IMG/VR virus record: IMGVR_UViG_3300018080_000116
Location: 1 to 64,000 of that record
Length of the DNA: 64,000 bases
Reading direction: 5' to 3' (one strand)
Source of the DNA: a virus
Made by a program: the position numbers and the translations under genes. Under the pieces are notes generated by a model. It saw only the letters and a list, made by a program, of their open reading frames with translations. It ran no database searches and was not told where the DNA came from. The first letter of the stretch is position 1. Each line of letters begins with the position of its first letter. Shown here in pieces: positions 58,255 through 64,000 of this stretch.

Positions 58255-59412
58255 ATGCCTAAAAAAGACCGAAGAGCGGTTTTGATAGACCGGCTCGATC
58301 AACTCAGCCAACGCCTTGACGATCCCGACCTGCCGGTCACTGTGGATAGCGTTGGCATCTTTGGGTCTTTTTGCCGAGGCAAAGAGCGACCCAAAGACGT
58401 GGACTTGGTGATAGTCCTGCATCGAGACCTTGATCCCTTGGAGACAGATGAATCAGGGTGTGGCCATTTCAAGCGAACAGCCGATCCAAAGTGGCAAGAG
58501 TGGTTGGACTTCGAGCGTAAGATGCTGCCAAAGGTTTGGCGTGCTCGATGGAAGGTGGATGACGACGAACGACCGGAGAGTTGGGCTAAGGCGGCGAAGG
58601 TGAAAAAGAAATATGTCAGGTGGTGCTCGGTTCTGTCCCGAACCCACTTCGATGAATTGAGTTGGCGAGGCGGCATCAACCCCATGATGGTCACGACCAG
58701 ATTGTTGAGAAAGGGCCTGCCCGGCATCAACATCTTGGAAAACACCTACTTCTCCTGGGAAGACATGGAAGAGGGTCTTACCACCAGCAAAGTGTTCTTG
58801 TTTTGGAGTAGAGAGAAGCCGGATTGGATGGCCAATCTCGACGCCCTGCAAAACACAGATTATTTGCGTCCACTGTTGGCGTCCGAGTACGCCAATTTTC
58901 AGTCGCAGTATGATTACAACGAAAAGAGAATCCAAGAGGTTGTCGCCCAAGTTTCAGCGATTATGGCACACCCCCGTCGCTTGCAGATGGTGCCCAAGGG
59001 TGGCGAATTTTGGGGCTTGCTGGAAGTCTTCTCAAAGCAGTTTGTGTCCGCAAATACGGAAGAGGATACTTGGTCGCCTCACGAAGGCCGAAGAGAGGCG
59101 GAAGATCGTCGCAAGGCGATTGAAGCCGCTGGCGAGTTTAATGAGTGGAATGAACAGGAGTTGGCGGCTCGTGTGGAGTCGTTGCGAGTCAGCATCAAGA
59201 AACAACCTGACAGAATGAGAGTGTGGAAAACTCTCAGGGACGGCCTGCTTAGGTTCAAGTCTGGCCTGTCCTTGGAAGGCGACCGATACCTCAACAAGGA
59301 ATTCATGCCACAAACACCAGAGAAGGTGGTGGAATGGGTTGAAGAACAAATACCCAAGAGATTGTCAAGAACACTCGATCACGTTTTGGAAAATGAATTT
59401 ACATGGGGTTGA
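58255..59412 (+). CDS. Nucleotidyltransferase (MNT-type N-domain) with large C-terminal extension
   Basis: SVGIFGSFCRGKERPKDVDLVI: GS-R...DxD motif. Confidence 0.72.
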   Translation: MPKKDRRAVLIDRLDQLSQRLDDPDLPVTVDSVGIFGSFCRGKERPKDVDLVIVLHRDLDPLETDESGCGHFKRTADPKWQEWLDFERKMLPKVWRARWKVDDDERPESWAKAAKVKKKYVRWCSVLSRTHFDELSWRGGINPMMVTTRLLRKGLPGINILENTYFSWEDMEEGLTTSKVFLFWSREKPDWMANLDALQNTDYLRPLLASEYANFQSQYDYNEKRIQEVVAQVSAIMAHPRRLQMVPKGGEFWGLLEVFSKQFVSANTEEDTWSPHEGRREAEDRRKAIEAAGEFNEWNEQELAARVESLRVSIKKQPDRMRVWKTLRDGLLRFKSGLSLEGDRYLNKEFMPQTPEKVVEWVEEQIPKRLSRTLDHVLENEFTWG

Positions 59413-60132
59413 CCAAGCTACAAGCCGAAGTGCTCCAAGCCATCAAGGATAGTCCTGGTGAAGACGCAGGCTTCGTGTGCTACGGCTGGTTGTCACCGCA
59501 GACGTTCGGCAGAGTGGCGCACACACTGATGAAAATGGGTTTGGTCTACTACTACGACAACACGAGCCAAGGCTACAGAGAATGGTGGCCAGTGAGGGAA
59601 GAGAATGACGCCTAAGCTATTCACACGAATCGACCATCCCGATCCCACGTGGTTCGTCAGGAGCCATCAACATGAATTTTATTTGCCCACCGAGGTTGTG
59701 GTCAGCGAGCCCAAGATCGTCACGCCCCGAGTGGGCAGGTACTACGAGATCGACCTGTACGTGAGAGACGAAAAAGACCTGCCCATAGCACGCCATGCCG
59801 AAGGTCGAAAGCATTTCCACAGTTATCGTGATTACCAGTGCGTCGATTGGGATAAGCAGGTGAAGTTGATCCCCTACGACGAACTGCGACAGCTTGGAGA
59901 CTTCCACGGTACAGGCCGAGAAATCCAAGTGTGCCTGTACGAGATATGGGGAGAGTTTGGAAGCGACGGTCACACGAGGTACGAACTGGTTTGCTGGATG
60001 CTGCATCCAGGTGAATGTACGGCCTGCAAACCACACGAAATGCACAACCACTTCTACGATCATTTCAGGAGCCCACAGCCGCCGCCAGACGACCACGAGC
60101 AATCACAGACGACTCAGCAGTCCCCGAAGCCT

Positions 60133-60161
60133 AACAGGCCCTCAGACGGCCTCTGAGAGCC
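60133..60161. repeat. Dispersed repeat, copy 2 (copy 1 at 33016-33054)
   Basis: AACAGGCCCTCAGACGGCCTCTGAGAGCC, 35 nt upstream of a class I promoter. Confidence 0.75.
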
Positions 60162-60195
60162 CCTGAGACTTGCCACCCGGTAGGGGGGGGGCAAG

Positions 60196-60223
60196 TTTAC
60201 AATGGCCCATCCTGGGCTACAAT
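60196..60223 (+). promoter_or_regulatory. Class I promoter
   Basis: TTTACA-16 nt-TACAAT. Confidence 0.7.
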
Positions 60224-60261
60224 TACTGCGGAAAGGAACCCACAAATGAGAGGAAATAAAA

Positions 60262-61014
60262 ATGAAAACAGATGAAAGAGTTTACATCGTACCAATCCAA
60301 GATCGTGGCACCATCACCAGCATCCGCCCGGACGATGGCAGCCCGCCCGAATCCATCTATCACGTGAAGCGTGACGAGGATGGTGGGGACCATCTTTGCC
60401 GTGAGTGTGAGTTGCGTTCACTCGAAGAGGAACGGCCCGCCCTGCACCAACTTGTGCTGGTGCCAGGGGCCACGGTCCATGACGTGTTGGTCGCTATTGA
60501 AGATGAAGAGCCCGACGACGTGGCATCTTTGCTTGCCTGTACCGACCGCTACGACTTGCTCAAGGCCCTCAAGGATCATTACCTCTACGGCGAAGAGGCA
60601 ACCAAAGAGTTGGACATGAAGGCACGCATGGACAAGATGAAGGCCGAATTCGAGGCCAAGTGTGCCAAGTATCCCGACCAACTCAAACGCTTCCGCCGCA
60701 TCGTTCACGCCAGCCGAAAGGTCGGCCTCTTTGACGTGAACTATCCTTCGGCCATTGCCGCTCAATTCAAACTCGAAGGCAAGTTCTCTGCCATCAGCGG
60801 CGACGGTCTCTTTCTGTTCGTGCTGGAAGTGCTCTCCACCGAGGGTCCAGGTCAATACAAACTTCATCGCAATCCCACTGGTCACGAGCCCGGCGACGAA
60901 GAACAAACGTTTCTTGCTGCCACCGGTGGTGAGTACGAGCGTCCATTGACCGCCGACATGGTGGCCGAGGCCCTCATGCAAACCTTTGGAGTACAAGAGG
61001 AACCCAACGAATGA
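60262..61014 (+). CDS. Hypothetical protein
   Basis: GAGGA RBS, downstream of a class I promoter. Confidence 0.6.
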   Translation: MKTDERVYIVPIQDRGTITSIRPDDGSPPESIYHVKRDEDGGDHLCRECELRSLEEERPALHQLVLVPGATVHDVLVAIEDEEPDDVASLLACTDRYDLLKALKDHYLYGEEATKELDMKARMDKMKAEFEAKCAKYPDQLKRFRRIVHASRKVGLFDVNYPSAIAAQFKLEGKFSAISGDGLFLFVLEVLSTEGPGQYKLHRNPTGHEPGDEEQTFLAATGGEYERPLTADMVAEALMQTFGVQEEPNE

Positions 61015-61536
61015 CAACCAACCGACGACATCCTGTTAATCTGCGACCCAAGGGCGGCAAGAAACTCAAACTGTTCGCCATCAACGACAAGTGCGAGGTT
61101 GTGCCGGTTGAAGGCCCGATAGCTCAATACTTTTGGGTGAAAGGCTCTCAACTACAGCAGCCCGAAGGCCGCATGTTGACCCTAGACATCCATTTGTTTG
61201 AGGAAGAACGCAAGGCCAACCTCGCCGCCCGCTTGGCCATCGTCAAAAAGAAAGCGGCATTGCAGCAAGAAATCTCCGAGTTGGAACTTCAACACCAAAC
61301 ACTCACGCAGCGAGACAGGGAGATCGAACATGGCCAAGCTGAGGTCGCTCAAGCCAACGCATCATGTTGAGTTTTTCGATAGCTCCACGATGCGGAACCG
61401 TACCGAGCCAGGGCGATTGCTTCACGCATCGGTAAGTGATGATCCCGACGTTGAGGATATGGCAACAGTGGAAGTGGACCAGCCCATCCGCAAGCGTGTG
61501 CGTGTGCCGCTCGCCTGTTGCACTCCAATAAGTTAG

Positions 61537-61565
61537 GTTACAAACCCCAATTCCTGTAGTACAAT
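61537..61565 (+). promoter_or_regulatory. Class I promoter
   Basis: GTTACA-17 nt-TACAAT. Confidence 0.6.
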
Positions 61566-61640
61566 TATTACAGGCCATGATCGCATGAGACTTGGGCTAC
61601 CGACGCCCGGTCGGTTTACTAAAGCATAAAGGGATTGCGA

Positions 61641-62564
61641 ATGAGCGACGTGCTGCGACGGCTCTACTACGGACGAGAAGCCCACAACCACCCGGAACAC
61701 GCCAGCAACAAGCAAGGCTTCATCGCCATGCAGGTCATTGCACTCGCCTATGTGGGCGTGTGTTTTCTGCTTTGGGGAATCGTCGAGCACTTCTGGCCCG
61801 ACTTCTTCTCGCCCTTCGAGTGGAGCCAAGGCAATAACGGCCTGGAACACTCCCTGATTGCCAGCTTGTGCTTCTGGCCGGTCTACATTTGGGGTGCCGT
61901 GCTCGCCACCCTCAGTTGCCTCAACCTCGTGCCCGCTCGAACAACCGGAACGACAGACGAGGGGCACGCCTTCTACGACACCATCACCAGTACCCTCGCC
62001 GGTATATGGGAAGAGCTAGGCTATCGTTGTGTGTTCATCCTGGGTGCCATGATAAGCATTATGTTTGCCAACTGGTTTTGGGGATGGCTTTTGGTAATCT
62101 TCGTTATCATCGCCATCGTTGGTGGACTCGCCATGATGGCCAAGAGCGAAGGTAATCCCATTGTTATTGGCATCGCCGCCCTGTTCATTGTCTTTTGCTT
62201 CTTCCTCATGTACTGGACCTGGAACCTGGAAGACCCGGTGTACTGGCTATACCTGAACGTCGTCTTCCCGATTCTAAGTTTCATCAGCTTTGGAGCACTC
62301 GACCCGATCCTGAACTTTCAACCAGAACATGCGCCCGCTCTGTTCATCATGGGTGCAATCTCGGCCAATGCCAAGTTCCGAGACGGTCACAAATACCAGG
62401 GCATCATCGGCTACTTCAACTCGTGGATCGCCGGTTTCGTCCTGCTGTACGCCATGCTGTACTACGGACTGTTGACCGCCATCATCGTACACGCTATCTA
62501 CGACATCGAATTTGCCGTCGTCCGGTACATCGGTCGCAAGGTGGACAACTTACAGGAAGGGTGA
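61641..62564 (+). CDS. CPBP (CAAX protease/Abi family) intramembrane metalloprotease
   Basis: Multiple TM helices; AGIWEELGYR (EExxxR), FRDGHKYQG, AIIVHAIYD (HxxxD/N). Confidence 0.8.
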   Translation: MSDVLRRLYYGREAHNHPEHASNKQGFIAMQVIALAYVGVCFLLWGIVEHFWPDFFSPFEWSQGNNGLEHSLIASLCFWPVYIWGAVLATLSCLNLVPARTTGTTDEGHAFYDTITSTLAGIWEELGYRCVFILGAMISIMFANWFWGWLLVIFVIIAIVGGLAMMAKSEGNPIVIGIAALFIVFCFFLMYWTWNLEDPVYWLYLNVVFPILSFISFGALDPILNFQPEHAPALFIMGAISANAKFRDGHKYQGIIGYFNSWIAGFVLLYAMLYYGLLTAIIVHAIYDIEFAVVRYIGRKVDNLQEG

Positions 62565-63774
62565 AGATGATTAGAGACCATTTGCTCCAATGGCGAAAAA
62601 ACAACAAGGCCGAAAACTACGCCGACTACTTAGAGTCGGTCAAGAAACTTCCCGTGGAGGATCGGCCTGCCGCATTTGCGCTGTGGGGTATTCGTAGCTT
62701 CGACGATATACCGTTTGTACTGGCGACTATGCACCACGTTGAAAGGGGTGCTAAAGATTTGGAGAACGAGCCAACAGAAAACAGGTTGGAGAGGTAAATG
62801 AGCGACTGCTATTACTGTGCATGGAAGAACGGCCACCACGATCCCAACTGCCCGCAAAGACAGTTGCACTCGGAGACCGTATTCGTCTTGCACAAGACCT
62901 TATGGGAGGCCGGGTACAAAAAGGGCAGGGGCGGACAAGAACCAACCAGCGACGATCCGGTCTACCTGCTAGGCTATGGCCGAGGCGTCGTCGCCCTTGA
63001 GGAAGCAGAGAACGGCTTTGATCCAGTACATGAAGGGAGACAATGGTGATTATCGACGACCAAACAGTAACGCCCGAAATCGCAGAGCAAGCACCCGATT
63101 ACCAACAAATTTATTGGGGGTGTGCGATCCTCGCCAGTCACGCAGACAGGAAGGGTAAGCGAAACCTCAACTGTTCGCATGACACTCTGCATATTTGCTT
63201 CCACACCGAAGAACACGAACTGGACGAGGAAGAACGTTCGATCCTCGAAGCGTGTGGCTTCGAGTGGGACGATGCCCTGGGACAGTGGGAGCGACGGACA
63301 TCATGCTGAGAGACACCATCGACTTCGACACCTTCAAGGAACACTTCATCGACCAGCCCGATGGGTACTTCCCCGTCTACGCATCCTTTGAGGAAGTGGA
63401 CGACGACGAAGACATGCCCGAAGATGCCCAATACTACAAGGTGGTCGAACTGGACATGATCTGCGAGTGGCGGATGCCCGATGGCAAGGTCAAGTTCATC
63501 CAGGTGCCCTTTGAGACCAAGGAACAACTCGAAGCCATTGTGGCCTACTTGCACGTGGCCGCTGGCCTGTTGCACGAGGCCATCAGCAAACGCAACAACG
63601 AACTGTTGCCCGAAGCCGAGGCCGAAGGTTGGTGGAAATGACTAGCTGGCAAACCATAGGACAGTACCAATACGAGTACGACGAGAACGGCTACACCGGC
63701 TGGTATCGTTGTGTAGGTGGACGCCTCGCCGATGGGCGCTGGCCAGAGTGGAACAGCAAAACAGGAGCACAACA

Positions 63775-64000
63775 ATGAAATCACAAGCCTTACCAGCGTT
63801 CTTGCCAGCCGTCGTGTTTGTAGCCGTCTGTTTCCTCGGTTCGTGCAGCCCGCCACAATCGCCACAAGCGAAAACCCACCCGATGGCGTATGACATCGAG
63901 AACCCCATCCAAATCAATACAGGGCAAAAGGTCATGTTCCTGACATGGCACAACTTCGATGAATGGCTGCAAGAGAACCGAGGAAGGGTCTCCATCCATG
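63775..64000 (+). CDS. Putative lipoprotein, 3' truncated by window
   Basis: AGGAG RBS; MKSQALPAFLPAVVFVAVCFLGSC with an LGSC lipobox; open to the window end. Confidence 0.55.
   Translation, partial: MKSQALPAFLPAVVFVAVCFLGSCSPPQSPQAKTHPMAYDIENPIQINTGQKVMFLTWHNFDEWLQENRGRVSIH

Larger units (their letters stand above)
10924..64000 (+). other. 53-kb co-oriented array of small, translationally coupled phage-type genes (early/host-takeover-like region)
   Basis: Every gene I could support with an RBS and coherent protein is on the + strand; many ATGA/GTGA stop-start overlaps; many CxxC proteins; modules headed by recurring promoters. Confidence 0.75.

Noticed and set aside
60183-60191. G9 tract (and A10 at 12846-12855) as phase-variation switches
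   Set aside because: Both lie outside coding frames and outside the -35/-10 spacer; they are explained as a hairpin arm and an UP-like tract, and no read data are available.
1-64000. CRISPR array, tRNA/rRNA genes, integrase/transposase, virion structural genes
   Set aside because: No regularly spaced 25-45 bp repeats, cloverleaves or diagnostic motifs were seen by eye; a weak or degenerate instance could have been missed.

Overview
Most consistent with a 64-kb segment of a large (jumbo-type) phage, or a phage-like giant element, whose host is probably a Planctomycetota-like bacterium. The host call is an inference from the style of the PilM and PspA-like proteins. No capsid, tail, terminase, integrase, rRNA, tRNA or CRISPR array was recognised. 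Two blocks are visible. (1) Bases 1-10463: a PspA-like gene, pilM, and a visibly more AT-rich, mixed-strand glycan-modification cluster (two radical-SAM enzymes, a polysaccharide deacetylase, three glycosyltransferases, a sulfotransferase and an NDP-sugar epimerase) with an HNH-like endonuclease inserted. (2) Bases ~10900-64000: a 53-kb, entirely plus-strand, tightly packed array of roughly 100+ mostly small hypothetical genes. It includes a split UvrD-like helicase, ParB, a sigma70-family factor, a RuvB-like ATPase, a stand-alone S4 domain, a GspG-like protein, two nucleotidyltransferases, an S24/S26 peptidase and a CPBP protease. The array is cut into modules by two recurring promoter families: class I TTTACA-N16/17-TACAAT (7 copies) and class II ACCGAACCTTT...GTGTATAAG (9 copies plus one hybrid). 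One class II copy sits inside the helicase gene and splits it. Other notable signals are a phased cluster of 16-bp GCGCA-N6-TGCGC palindromes (candidate parS or origin), GGAT-NN-ATCC box clusters, several orphan structured-RNA candidates, a dispersed CCCGGC hairpin family, and five proteins ending in a ClpX-type -AA degron. All protein calls come from motif recognition by eye; no database search was run.
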